Virus record (IMG/VR): IMGVR_UViG_3300022661_000087
Length of the DNA stretch: 64,000 bases
Reading direction: 5' to 3' (one strand)
Source: an uncultured virus (IMG/VR IMGVR_UViG_3300022661_000087)
Taxonomy: Duplodnaviria > Heunggongvirae > Uroviricota > Caudoviricetes
A program made the position numbers and the translations under genes. The notes beneath the pieces were generated by a model. The model made no database searches. It was not told where the DNA came from and saw only the letters and a list, made by a program, of their open reading frames with translations. Below are positions 29,083-41,200 of this stretch, in pieces; within the stretch, counting starts at the first letter, position 1, and the number at the start of each line of letters is the position of its first letter.

Positions 29083-29967
29083 ATGCTTAAAGAGTTTTTA
29101 AGTAAGCATATTACTAGTCAGGCTTCTGTGAAGAATGGCGGATATGTTGAACTGGGCTACGGCCAGGTTGAGCCTAACCACTTGTCTGCACAGCGCACTG
29201 CTCAGATTTATGCTCAGTTACCTGCAGACCCCTCTATTGAGGTTCTGGAGCAGGGACAGTTTGTTAAGTATGACTATGCAGCTGGCCTTGTAAACTTTGG
29301 TTCTGATGACCATGATACTGGTGAATGGATGCTGGTTTACAACGAAACTAAGTTGTATCGTGAGCATCAGTTGGATTGCGAATTCGCAATGATTAAGGGC
29401 AACTATCAGGCCCGTGTTTATAGTCCATTGGATGGCGATAACAGCAAGATGGCTGAGGAGCTATATGGACCTACTCGTTTGCTACAGGGTGTTAGCGAAG
29501 TGTATAAGAATGGCTCTTTTGAAGCAAGACCTGTTTTTGACGCTAATGGTAATGTTGTTGCGCCAGTTGTTGATGAAGAGACTGGTAAAGTAAGTTATCC
29601 TGGCGTTGACGATTTTGGTGTCGCTTCTACTGTTTATGACCCATATGAGATGAACGATATTAACAATCCTGAAATTAAGGAAGATTATCGTCGTCGTTTG
29701 TTTATGAAGCTGCGTGCTGTTAAGCATCCTGAGAAGATGATGCCTACTGGCACTACTATGGTACCTCGTGTATTCAAGACTAATGTTGGTGACCATTATA
29801 CTACTAACATGATTCTTGAGTCTGAATTGGCTGTTGGTGATATTTTGGCACCTAATGCTAAGGGTATCTTGGCTAAGGATAACAGCCAGGCTATGAAATG
29901 GCAGGTTGTTAAGGTTTATACTATGCCCGACCATCAAAAGGGCGTTAAGATTCTACGTATTGCGTAA
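29083..29967 (+). CDS. Capsid-associated (decoration) protein
   Basis: Between scaffold and capsid; high-expression codon bias. Confidence 0.55.
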   Translation: MLKEFLSKHITSQASVKNGGYVELGYGQVEPNHLSAQRTAQIYAQLPADPSIEVLEQGQFVKYDYAAGLVNFGSDDHDTGEWMLVYNETKLYREHQLDCEFAMIKGNYQARVYSPLDGDNSKMAEELYGPTRLLQGVSEVYKNGSFEARPVFDANGNVVAPVVDEETGKVSYPGVDDFGVASTVYDPYEMNDINNPEIKEDYRRRLFMKLRAVKHPEKMMPTGTTMVPRVFKTNVGDHYTTNMILESELAVGDILAPNAKGILAKDNSQAMKWQVVKVYTMPDHQKGVKILRIA

Positions 29968-29984
29968 GAAAGGAGAGAAGAGTA

Positions 29985-31097
29985 ATGGCTTTAGATAGAA
30001 ATAATTTAGTACAGTTGGCTAAGACTGTTGCAAAGGCTGACCCTTCTGCTTCTGTGTCTTATAGCTTTAACGGTGAAAACTTTAGTTATGCCGCTTTGAA
30101 CGAGACTCTACGTCGTGAGTTCAATGAGTTGGCTGGTACTTATTCTTTATATCGTGATAACAAGAATTTGATTTTCTCTGTTATCGAAGAGACTTTGGAC
30201 GAGGTTCTGCCTAAGAAGGTTGAAATGGCTTATATGCAGTTCGCCGAGACTAAGCAGTTCGCTCAGGGCGACAAGCCTATTTTCCGTCGTAAGAGAGACG
30301 TTCGTTCTCGTGCTAAGCAGTTCATCACTCGTGTTGGATTGGCTGGTATTTACGAAGTATTTAAGCTAGGTCCTGCAGAAGAAGAGAGCTTCGAAGTTCG
30401 TACTTCTGCTATCGGTGGAGCTGCTCAGATTGGATTCGAGGAGTTCCTAGACGGTCGTGTGGACTTCGCTGAAGTAACTAATATTGTTATGGAAGGTATG
30501 GATGAGTTAATTATGAAGGAAGTTGGACATGCTCTAGCTGCTTCTGTTAACCAGTTACCTCCTGCAAATATTGTTGTTGCTACTGGCTTCGATGAAAAGG
30601 CTTTCGACAACTTGTTGGTTATCGCTTCCGCTTATGGTGAGCCTTCTATTTACTGCACTTATGAGTTCGCAGTTAAGATGGTTCCTGAGCAGGGTTGGCG
30701 TTGGACTGAGAATATGAAGCAAGAGTTGTGGGATACTGGTCACTTGGCTATGTACAAGGGACGTAAGGTTATCATCCTACCTCAGGGCTTGGAAGACGAG
30801 ACCAATACTCGTAAGGTAATCAATCCTGGTTATTGCTATATCATCCCAAGTGGTGCTGATAGCAAGCCTGTTAAGATTGCTTTCGAGGGTGGTACAATCG
30901 TTGACGAGTATGTAAATGCTGACCGTTCTCGTGAGATTCAGGTTTACAAGAAGGTTGGCGTAACTGCTATGTTAGCTAATAACATCTGCGCTTATGCTGA
31001 TACTGAGTTGCTAGGTCAGTATGATTTGGCTGACTCTATTTGGGACAGCTCTAACTATGTTGATATGTCCTATAACGTTAAGGACGTTAATGCCTAA
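29985..31097 (+). CDS. Major capsid protein
   Basis: 370 aa, synteny, strong codon bias, followed by a terminator. Confidence 0.8.
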   Translation: MALDRNNLVQLAKTVAKADPSASVSYSFNGENFSYAALNETLRREFNELAGTYSLYRDNKNLIFSVIEETLDEVLPKKVEMAYMQFAETKQFAQGDKPIFRRKRDVRSRAKQFITRVGLAGIYEVFKLGPAEEESFEVRTSAIGGAAQIGFEEFLDGRVDFAEVTNIVMEGMDELIMKEVGHALAASVNQLPPANIVVATGFDEKAFDNLLVIASAYGEPSIYCTYEFAVKMVPEQGWRWTENMKQELWDTGHLAMYKGRKVIILPQGLEDETNTRKVINPGYCYIIPSGADSKPVKIAFEGGTIVDEYVNADRSREIQVYKKVGVTAMLANNICAYADTELLGQYDLADSIWDSSNYVDMSYNVKDVNA

Positions 31098-31117
31098 TTA
31101 AATATTAATATATAACT

Positions 31118-31158
31118 AAGAGGGGGAAGTGGGGATATCCCCTCTTCCCCCTTTTTTT
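31118..31158 (+). terminator. Rho-independent terminator
   Basis: AGGGGGAAG..CTTCCCCCT plus T-run. Confidence 0.8.
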
Positions 31159-31191
31159 CATTTTAAAAACAGAGAAAAAGGAGATATAAAA

Positions 31192-31812
31192 ATGAGTACA
31201 ATGTATAGAGTAAAAAACCGTGGTGCAAGCACCGTTGTTTATAAGATTCCAGACAAGGGAATTCGTAGAGAATTCAAGCCTGGTCAGATTATTCCAATTA
31301 GTTCTGAAGAGTTAGAAGAATTAACTTTCCAGCCTGGTGGAGTTACTATGTTAAGTCAATTCTTGCAGATTTTGGACCTTGAAGGAATTCAAGCTGCTCG
31401 TATTAAGACTGAACCTGAATATCATATGAGTGAAGCTGATGTTGCCAAGTTGATTACTAGTGGTTCCTTGGATGCTTTCTTGGATGCACTTGACTTTGCT
31501 CCCATTGGAGTTATTGATTTAATTAAGAAGTTGAGTATTTCTATTCCTATGGTTGATATCCCAAAGCGTAAGGCTTTGAAGGAAAAGACTGGTTTTGATG
31601 TGGAAGCCGCATTGAAGCACAATGAGGAAGATAAAGAAGATGACCAGAAGACAATCTTGAAAACTAATAATGGTGGCGAGCGTAGAGTACAGCCTGCTGC
31701 AGCTCCTGCCGGACGTCGTACAGCACCTACTGTAACTGCTCCTGCGGCCGCACCTAAATATAATATTGTTACTAAACCTGCAGTTGAGGCTCCTGCTGAA
31801 TCTGCTGAATAA
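31192..31812 (+). CDS. Virion morphogenesis hypothetical protein
   Basis: AAAGGAG RBS; Pro/Ala-rich tail. Confidence 0.7.
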   Translation: MSTMYRVKNRGASTVVYKIPDKGIRREFKPGQIIPISSEELEELTFQPGGVTMLSQFLQILDLEGIQAARIKTEPEYHMSEADVAKLITSGSLDAFLDALDFAPIGVIDLIKKLSISIPMVDIPKRKALKEKTGFDVEAALKHNEEDKEDDQKTILKTNNGGERRVQPAAAPAGRRTAPTVTAPAAAPKYNIVTKPAVEAPAESAE

Positions 31813-31831
31813 TAAATAAGGAGGCAATTAT

Positions 31832-32410
31832 ATGGCTGAGACACAATTTTCGGCTGTTTATAATCGCTTTCTTGGACAAGTTACCGATGATTTATACTTG
31901 GAATTAACTCCCGAAGATACTTTAAAAGATTTGCAAAATCTTTTAATTAATGCAATTCCTGGTTTTGAATTTCCTCGTCAAGATTTATACAATTATACGA
32001 TTGAAGTTAGAACTATGGGAGCGGATGAATTAACTCCCGATGATTTTGTATTGGGAACTGTTTGGGGAGAGTTACCAAGTGACACATTGTAGACTCCAAA
32101 TGTTTTAGTTGATAAGTCTCGATTTAATGTTGAGCTTACTCAAGAAGAAATCAACATCCTGGCGCTTTTAATGAAGCAAGGTTGGGTTCAGCGCCAGGTT
32201 GCTTCTATCGAAAATACTCGAATGAAATATAGTGGCTCTGATTTTAAAATGACTTCTCAAGCGAACCACTTATCTAAGCTATTGTCTTTATTGACTGAGG
32301 CTCGCAGAGATTCGTTCCATATGCAACGCTTATATAAACGCAGAAAACCTGCGGAAGGCGGTTATAAGAGCAACTGGTCTAGCTTAATGGAGGTTAGTGC
32401 TCTTGACTAA
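31832..32410 (+). CDS. Head-tail adaptor-like protein (TAG read-through)
   Basis: Joins track ORFs 31832 and 32171; synteny. Confidence 0.6.
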
Positions 32411-32705
32411 ATATGGATTTGATTTTGATGATAGAAGCATTGATGTAAATGTTCGTCGTTTAACCAACCAACTTTGGAAATTAATTCCAATGCGCGAGCA
32501 TGAAGAAGATTGGCCTAAACAATTAGATACAGTTATTTTAGAAATTGCGGGCATGAATGAAGTATTCATGAACCCGCAATTTTTACAGCTGCTATGTAAA
32601 TTAGAGGGACTGAAAGCTCAAGAGACGAATTTTGAACTATACCGCAAGACTGTGTTTGAAAGCATTAGTCTTTTGTAGGAGTTAAGCCATGGCATCAGGT
32701 TATGA
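32397..32705 (+). CDS. Hypothetical protein (TAG read-through)
   Basis: GGAGG RBS; ends at a TGA overlapping the next gene. Confidence 0.6.
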
Positions 32706-33906
32706 TTTAAGTAGCCGTGTCCCTTTTAGATTAATGAAAGGTCGATTAGGAGTTTACGATAAAAGACCGTTTGACCCAGCTGGTTCTACTGCCGAACAAC
32801 TTGAATAGCAAAATCGTGTAGAAGAATTGATGAAAGTAATTAAAAATATGAACATTGATTTAGATACTGTAACAATCCAAAAGATTGAGAATTTGTTGTC
32901 ACAAGATAAAATTGATGAGGCTGGTATCGTATTGACGCAACTAGACCCCAAAATTACTGGTATTTGGGAACAAGCTACTCGTTTTCGTCAGGCGGGCGGT
33001 AACAGACAGCAAGAACGTATGATTAAAGACAAGCGTCGTTCTTTAGACCATGCAGTTTGGAATTCTTATCAGGCTGCTGAGGTCGTGCGAGTGGATGCGG
33101 AGAACCGCAAGCCAGTTCGCGCACTTATTAATCCAAATAAACTAAAACAAGACTATGATGATAAAATCATTTCTGTGGGTTTTGAATATAATTTCAAATG
33201 CGGCGATGTGTTTGAGTGGTTAGGTACAAAAACTCACTGGTTAGTTTATTTACAAGATTTAACTGAATTAGCTTATTTCCGTGGTGATATTCGCAAGTGC
33301 TCTTATTAGATTGCTTGGGAGGATGAAGATGGTATTCATACCACATATGCGGCCGTGCGCGGTCCAGTGGAAACTAAAATTAACTTCATTCAAAAACATG
33401 GAATTAGTGTTGACACTCCTAATCACTCATTGAGTATTTTAATGCCAAAAAATGAATACACAATGAATTATTTTAAACGATATAGTAAGTTTTATCTTCA
33501 AGGCGATGATACTTGTTGGCGTGTTGAAGCTTCTGATTGGATTTCGACTCCTGGAATCTTGGAAGTTATCGCAGTAGAGTATTATGCTAATGAAACTGAG
33601 GATGATGTAGATGCTGGTATCGTTGGTGGTTTAATTGAACCAATTAAAGACCCAAATGAAGGAACTGTTGATGAAATGGATATTATTGGAGAAACATTTA
33701 TTAAGGTTAAGAAATTGTATGATTATGAATTTAATGGTACAAAAGCTGATGAATGGTATGTCGACAAGAAATATCCTGTTGAATTAATTCCTGACCCAAC
33801 TGACCCAAGACGAGTATCTGTTCGATGGGTTAGTTCTTATAGTGGACAATTTGAATTACTATATGGAGATTATAGTAAAACAATTGTTGTTGAGTCTTTA
33901 TTTTAA
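32689..33906 (+). CDS. Head-closure/neck-like protein (TAG read-through)
   Basis: Joins track ORFs 32827 and 33355 in frame. Confidence 0.6.
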
Positions 33907-33933
33907 TAATTAAGTGATAAAGGAGATATAGAT

Positions 33934-34518
33934 ATGAAAAGAGAAGTTTATTCTTATCCTAAATCAAGTTTTTTGTCTACTGAAAAAGATATGAATTTGA
34001 TTGTTCAGATGATTATGAAAAATGAGCGTCTGAAAAAAATGTTATACTACACAACTCGTGATTGTATGAATAAGCCTAATTTAACCGAGGATGAAACTCT
34101 TGGTTTATTTGGTGAATAGATTAAGATTGTACCTAAGCTAACTGTTGATGGTTCAGTATTGAATTATATTATTGTTAGTTTTGATAATTTTACTGGTAAT
34201 CGTAAGAATCCCGAGTTTAGAGATAATATTATTGAGTTTGACATTATTTGTCATTTTGACCAATGGAAAATGAAAGACTTTGAGTTGCGTCCTTATAAGA
34301 TTGCGGCAGAGATTGATTCTATGTTCAATGGAAAACATTTAACTGGAATTGGTGAGTTGGAATTTTTAGGCGCAAATCAAATGATTCTTACGGATGAATT
34401 TGGTGGATTGTGTTTAATGTATCAAGCTATCCATGGAGAAGAGGATAAAAAGAAAATGCCTAATCCTAATGATGAAGAAGACTTCATCAAAAACTTTGAT
34501 GCAATGTTTAATAATTGA
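33934..34518 (+). CDS. Tail completion/terminator-like protein (TAG read-through)
   Basis: Joins track ORFs 33934 and 34159. Confidence 0.55.
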
Positions 34519-35240
34519 TGGATACTCGATTATCTTTAATGTGCGGAACGGATTATCCCGTTCCTGAATGTTAGTTAGTTATTCATCAACCTCGCATCAA
34601 AGAGATTGCATTTATAGGGGAAGCAGATTTTTTTACAGGTATTTAGTGTTTGTGCTTAAATAAATCCATGTTTATCAAGGACGAATCTCTTTTAAGAGAT
34701 ACAAATAATTTTCAAATATTTATGACGATAATGTCAGAAAAAGAAGCGGCAGATAAAAAGTTTGCGGTGCAGCAAGTCTTTACTTTAATATTTCCAAAAT
34801 ATAAAGTAATGATGACTCCACGCTCTGTGCTACTTAGTGGAGATGGAATGACAATTCAAATTGATGAAAAGAATTTTGAGTCATTACAAGCAGCGTTGAC
34901 AAATATCTGTTGTCTGAAAACTGGCCCTATGGATTAGTAGAGTTTTAATCCAGCAAATGCTAAAGCTCGAGAGATAGCAGAAAAACTTATGCGAGGACGA
35001 GCTAAGGTTGCTGCTGAAAAGGGTCAAAGTAATATCAGTATATTTAGCCAGTATCTTTCAATACTTACAGTGGGATTACATATTCCTATGTAGGAGCTAA
35101 TGGATTTAACCATGTTCCAATTATATGACTTAGTTGAAAGATATATGCTATATATTAATTGGGATATGGACGTCCGTTGTCGTTTGGCTGGAGGCAAACC
35201 CGACAATCAACCTGACAATTGGATGAAAAATATTCACTAA
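34518..35240 (+). CDS. Hypothetical tail-region protein (several TAG)
   Basis: TGATG coupling; open to TAA 35238-35240 when TAG is read as sense. Confidence 0.65.
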
Positions 35241-35266
35241 CTAAAATTTTAAGGAGGATACAAACC

Positions 35267-36271
35267 ATGAAATTTGGCGTTCGCGAAATTTGTGATGTTG
35301 TCTTAAAGGCAAAGGCTAACCAGAAGGTTGGTAACAAGATTTTCTATAAGAACGAACCTGTTATCTATTTTGATACTCTGAAGACTTCTAGCATGGAGGG
35401 TGCTGCTACTACCGTTTATGCACAGGGCGGCCGTGGTAACTCTCGTTTGATGGCTTGGGAAGGTGAGCGTACCATTACTTTCACTATGGAAGATGCTCTA
35501 ATCTCTCCCGCTGGCTTCATGATTCTATCTGGCGCAGGTTTGATTGAGGCTAGTGATGCTAAGCCCATTATGGTTCATACTACTGAGCAGACTGATGCTG
35601 TTGTTGTTGGCGATGGTGAAGTAACTATTACTCTACAGGAAGCTCCTTATGTACCTGAGTTGGGTAAGAGTGGCTATGGTGAAGATTTCATTTATGTTAT
35701 GTTAATGCAGAATGGTGAAATCGTTACTGAGCCTTTCATTCCTAGTTCTGTTGAAGGCAATGTAATTAAGTTAACTGAAACTTGGACTGATGAAGCTCGT
35801 AGTGAGGTTAATCAGCAGGCTCGTGCTAACGATTTGAGTCCTTTCTATGCTGGTTGTGTTGTATTGGTTGACTACTATGTTGCTCGTAAGTCTATGGCAC
35901 AGCAGATTGATATCACTCCCGACAAGTTCGGTGGTAACTATTACCTAGAGGCTTCTACTCTGTTCCGTAATACTGAGGGTGTTGATATGCCTGCAGAGTT
36001 CGTAATTCCTAACTGCAAGATTCAGTCTAACTTTACTTTCACTATGGCATCTTCTGGCGACCCATCCACTTTCACTTTCACTATGGATGCATTCCCAGAT
36101 TATACTCGTTTCGACCGCACTAAGAAGGTTCTGGCAGCTATTCAGATTATTGAATCTGCTGATACCGATAGCGCTATCGACCGTGTAAGCACTCATTCTA
36201 CTGATACTATTGACTTCAATGGCATGGTAGCTGGTACTCGTCCCTTTGCAGGTTTTGCAACTGAGGAATAA
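35267..36271 (+). CDS. Major tail (tube) protein
   Basis: AAGGAGG RBS, high-expression codons, GGRGNSRLMAW and GDPSTFTFTMD, downstream terminator. Confidence 0.75.
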   Translation: MKFGVREICDVVLKAKANQKVGNKIFYKNEPVIYFDTLKTSSMEGAATTVYAQGGRGNSRLMAWEGERTITFTMEDALISPAGFMILSGAGLIEASDAKPIMVHTTEQTDAVVVGDGEVTITLQEAPYVPELGKSGYGEDFIYVMLMQNGEIVTEPFIPSSVEGNVIKLTETWTDEARSEVNQQARANDLSPFYAGCVVLVDYYVARKSMAQQIDITPDKFGGNYYLEASTLFRNTEGVDMPAEFVIPNCKIQSNFTFTMASSGDPSTFTFTMDAFPDYTRFDRTKKVLAAIQIIESADTDSAIDRVSTHSTDTIDFNGMVAGTRPFAGFATEE

Positions 36272-36290
36272 TTGACAATTAAATAAATTT

Positions 36291-36327
36291 AAGGGGAGAG
36301 ATTAAGAAATTAATCTCTCCCCTTTTT
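36291..36327 (+). terminator. Rho-independent terminator
   Basis: AAGGGGAGAGATTAA/TTAATCTCTCCCCTT plus T-run. Confidence 0.8.
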
Positions 36328-36354
36328 GTCATTTGTAGTAAAAGGAGGAATAGA

Positions 36355-37524
36355 ATGGCTGAAGGTATTATTTTTGGTGGACATTTATTGGATAAAGATA
36401 CTTTTATTCAAATATTTGAAGAATGGTATAATGAAAAAAATCAAGAATTTTATCACGATTTAGTAATATTAAAAGATGAAATATCTCAAATGTATACTAT
36501 GGAATTAAGAGAGAGTCAGTCTCATCCAGGAGTATGGAAAAATGCTATGAGACGTCAGTCATCTTATAGTGCAAAAAAGATATATGAAAGATGGGAATAG
36601 ATTCAAAAAAAATATTTTGGTAATAATGCTGTTACCTTAATTGCTATTACTAAATTTGGAGAAAAAGAATTGACTTGGTCCTAGAATATAGAAGAAGCAA
36701 GTGTAATGACTGAGGGTGGTATTAATGTTACTAAAACTCAATTAAATACGGCAGTTGGTTCTTTGGATAAAGATTTAGCTGCATATGCGGCCGCTCAAGA
36801 GATTTAGAATTTTTTTAGACGACATTATAGTGATATGTGTAATCAACTTTCTGGCTATAAAATGAATAATACAGATGCTCAATTATTACATAAAACAATT
36901 TCTTCAAAATCTCCTTTGTATTAGTCTAGACATGAATCTTTTACTGGACGTAGTTATGGAGAAATTATTTTTGCTTCTTAGGGCAATGCCGAAGGTAAAT
37001 AGTTAGATGCTTTTATGAATCATGTGGCTCAATACAATAAACAATTATTTGGTTTAATGTCTGCTAGTGCTGTTAATAGTAATTAGCTTGTAAATTTAAA
37101 AATAGATGACCACGGTGGATTTTCAGGGATTTTTAGTTCTCCACAAGTAGTATAGCCTTGGTTATTAGCATCATTAAACTCAGCTAGTTGGTTGACAGGA
37201 GGAGACGTTGTTGTTATTGATGAGTCTGGAGCCGTAATTTATAATATTTAGATTAAATCAACATTAGCAGATTCAGGTAAAAACTTTGAATTAGCATTAA
37301 CAAGACTTGAGAGTTTAATTAATAGACTTATTAAAAGAATGGAAAGAATGCATGAAAATCCAAGATTAAAACCTAAGTCTTTAGCTAATATAATGTATAA
37401 GTCTTTAAAAACTACTAGTAGCAATGATGTTGCTAAAAGCGAATCTTTTATGGAGACTGAAGCTTATAATACTGTGCGTAAAAACTTAAATTTAGCTCCA
37501 ATCAATATAAAGTTTAATGTATAA
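36355..37524 (+). CDS. TAG-rich hypothetical protein, possible PD-(D/E)XK nuclease (389 aa)
   Basis: Nine in-frame TAG counted; GGDVVVIDESGAVIYNI*IKST. Confidence 0.6.
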
Positions 37525-37591
37525 AATTTGACAAATCAGAAATTTTCTGGTATAATATAATTGTAAAATGAGATAAAGGAGGAGTTTAGCT

Positions 37592-38131
37592 ATGGCTAAA
37601 GTACCATTTTCAAAACTTCAAGCTAAAGTAGACGGAGGGGCAACAAGTGTCTTTTATTATAATTTAGCAGGAGAAGAAGTTTATTATGAAGTAAAACATT
37701 ATTTACCTTTTAAGGAAAAGCTTGAATTAGTATCAAACATTATTAATAAGTCTATTGATGATAATGGATTTTACAATCCAATGAGAGTAAAATTTAATAT
37801 GGTATTAGAAATTACTTATGCTTATACTAATTTAAGTTTCACTGAAAAAATGAAAGAAGACCCATTTAAATTATATGATATTTTAGTAAGCACTGGTATT
37901 TTTACAGATATTGTTGATGTTATTCGTGAAAAAGATTGGCAAGAAATTCAAGAAAATGTTTGGTCTACTATTAATAATATTTATCAATATAATAATTCTG
38001 TAATGGGAATTTTAGATACATTAAAAGCTGATTATGATAATTTAAATTTTGATGCTACTGAAATCCAAAAGAAGATTGGGGACCCAGAGAATATGGCTTT
38101 ATTGCGTGAAGTCCTAACTAAATTGGGCTAA
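37592..38131 (+). CDS. Hypothetical protein, possible tail assembly chaperone
   Basis: Directly upstream of the tape measure; own promoter. Confidence 0.55.
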   Translation: MAKVPFSKLQAKVDGGATSVFYYNLAGEEVYYEVKHYLPFKEKLELVSNIINKSIDDNGFYNPMRVKFNMVLEITYAYTNLSFTEKMKEDPFKLYDILVSTGIFTDIVDVIREKDWQEIQENVWSTINNIYQYNNSVMGILDTLKADYDNLNFDATEIQKKIGDPENMALLREVLTKLG

Positions 38132-38177
38132 TTAAATTATTCTTATTATTTAGATTTTTAAATTTTAATAGGAATAG

Positions 38178-38220
38178 TCGGGGATGAGAATTTGATTATT
38201 CTCATCCCCGATTTTTTATT
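38178..38220 (+). terminator. Rho-independent terminator
   Basis: TCGGGGATGAGAAT/ATTCTCATCCCCGA plus T-run. Confidence 0.75.
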
Positions 38221-38263
38221 TTGCAAAATAAAAAATTAGGAGAGAAAGGAGATAAAAATTTGT

Positions 38264-41200
38264 ATGGCAAAAAATCTTAATGTTAGTTTAGCTTTTACTG
38301 CGAATACGAATGAGGCTATTGCCGCAATTAAAAATTTGCAAAAAGAGCTTAATGGATTGGCTACTGGTTCTGCATTGAAAAATAGTGGAATTTCACAAAT
38401 TACACCTGAAATTCAAAGAGCTATGACCGCAGCAGGAGAGTTATAGGCTAAACTAGAAGCGGCTACAAATTTAAAAACAGGAAAATTAGATTTAGGTCAA
38501 TTTTCTGATTCCTTAAAAAAAGGCGGAGTTTCTCTTCAGCAATATGCTAATCAATTAAATGCTCTTGGTCCGGCCGGTCGTCAAGCATTTACGAATTTAG
38601 CTTAGTCTGTTTTATAGGCAGAAGCTCCTTTAATTAGATGCAGTCAAAGGGTTAGAGAGCTTGGTACTACATTAGCAAATACTGCAAGATGGCAGTTATC
38701 TTCTAGTATTTTACATGGTTTTATGGGAACCGTATAGTCTGCTTATGGATATGCTCAAGATTTAAATAAATCTTTAAATGATATTCGCATTGTTACTGGT
38801 GCTAGTGTTGCTGAAATGGATGCATTTGCAGCTAAGGCAAATAAGGCAGCGCGGGCATTAAGTACAACAACTAATGAATATGCTAAAGCTTCTTTAATCT
38901 ATTTCCAATAGGGTGATACTCAATCTGAAGCTATGCAAAAAGCTGCTGTTACTGCAAAAATGGCAAATGTAACTGGACAAAGCGCAGATGTTGTTTCTAA
39001 TCAATTAACTGCTATTTGGAATAATTTTAACAAAGAAGGCGATGTTGCTTATGAACATTATGCCGATGTATTAACAAAATTAGGTGCTGCAACTGCGTCT
39101 AGCACTGATGAAATTGCTGGTGGATTAGAGAAATTTGCCGGTATTGCAGATACTATTGGTTTGAGTTATGAATATGCTGCATCTGCTTTGGCAACAATTA
39201 CTGCAACATCTCGTGAAAGTGAAGAAGTTGTTGGTACAGCATTAAAAACAATCTTTGCACGTATTCAAGGTTTAAAGCAAGGAGACACCCTTGAAGATGG
39301 TACTACTTTAAATAAATACTCTGAAGCTTTGCAAAAAGTCGGTATTAGTATTTTTGACCAAACTGGCGAATTGAAGAATATGGATAGTATTCTTGAAGAA
39401 ATGGCCGCAAAATGGGTAACTTTAAATAAAGACCAATAGTTGGCATTGGCTCAAACTGTTGCTGGTGTTCGTCAATATAACCAAATGGTTACTTTGATGG
39501 ATAATTGGGATTTTATGGAAGAAAATCTTGCAACTGCTGGCGCAGCGGATGGAGAACTTAATAAACAAGCTGAGATTTATGCTGAAAGCTGGGAGGCTGC
39601 TCGAGACAGAGTAACAGCAGCAGCAGAAAATTTATATACTAAAATTTTAGATGACGATTTTTTCATTGGTTTTTTAGATGGTTTAAGCCATGTTATTGAT
39701 GGAGTAGGTAGTTTAGTTGATGCTTTTGGAGGTTTAGGTGGCGTTCTAGCAACTATTGGAGCTATTGCCACAAAAGTTTTCCATAAAGAAATTGCTTAGG
39801 GTTTAAGAAATGCTGCTTATAGTATTAAGCAATTTACTCCAGCGGGTAAAAAAGAACATGAAAAGACTAAAGAAGATGCTCTTGAGGGTATTCGTAACTT
39901 AAAATCTAATATGCGTGGTCGTGAAGGCGATGCAGAAAATGCTTCTCTTGATAGAGAAATTCGTATGCAAGAATAGCTACGTGCAGCTGCTGGTCGCGTA
40001 ACTGAAGAAGAGCTTAAATAGCTTCAAGTTCAAATGGATTTAGTACGAGCAATGGATAAGAGAGCAATTGCTGCTGGTAAAGCAGCGGATGCAGCAAGGG
40101 AAGAAGTTGAAGACGCTCGAGATTTAGCAAAAGCCTATGAGAAAATTGAGGCTAGAGATAAGGCCAAGGAAGATTTTTAGAAGAAACATTAGGGTGAAGA
40201 AAATCAAAAACGAAATGACGCAATATCTCAAGCCTTTGACGATGTAATAGATTATGGAGCAAATCACAGAAAGACAAAACATCATCGATTTGGTGAGTAG
40301 GGAGATTATATTAATTAGCAATATGCTTAGGCTCGGTAGAGGGTAGTAGATTCTGGTGAAACAGTAACAGCTGATGCTGTTCGAGGAGAATTTTTAGCTG
40401 GATTAAGAGAGGCGGCCGACAGTAGAGATGAAATGGCGAAAGCTATTTTTGATAAAGTTAAAGCTGCTGGAGAAGAAGCTGCTTAGGCATATGGTGAAGC
40501 TATGAAGTCTGAGCTAGATGAAGCAATGAGAGATGCTGAAAGATAGGCTAGCGAAAAAATTGAAAATATTGGAAAAGCAGTGGATAAAGGTGCTATGACG
40601 GAAGTCCGTGCCAAAGATTTAAGAGAAACTGCTTCTAAACTTTCAGTAAAAACTAAAGACGATAATGGTAATGAAGTTTATAAAACTGCCGATACTGGAT
40701 TAGGTAAAGTATAGGATACATTAAAACAAAAGCTTGCTGCGACAGCTGCTGAAGCTAAAGAATTATAGGCTGCATTAGCTGCTTTGGGTAAATCTGATAG
40801 TGTATTAGATGGTAGAATTGCAGATTTAGAAAATATGACACAAGAATTAAATAGTACTACTGCTAGTGCTGAACGTCTTGAAGAAATTTTAGGATAGCTA
40901 TCTAGTGAAGAGGAAGGCGGTATTACTTCAGTTCTTGAAGATTAGGCTCAAATGTTGACAGTGGATGCAGCAGGAACGCCTTATGGTGGAGAAACAAGCG
41001 CAGATGCAAAAACTCGTGGAGGAGAAGATTATCTTCGTTCTAAGCAAGCTGCTTAGAAACAAATGGATAGCGAAAACGCTAATTTAAATGTTGGCGGTAG
41101 TGAAGAAGGTTTAAATGAATCTTTTAATAAGAGCGGTTTAACAGATTGGGCCGATTAGATTACTAATACTACTGATTTAATTATGGGACTAGGCTCTGCA

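Noticed and set aside
35267..38263. Tail sheath gene or programmed tail-chaperone frameshift
   Set aside because: No sheath-like ORF and no convincing slippery site with a downstream open frame
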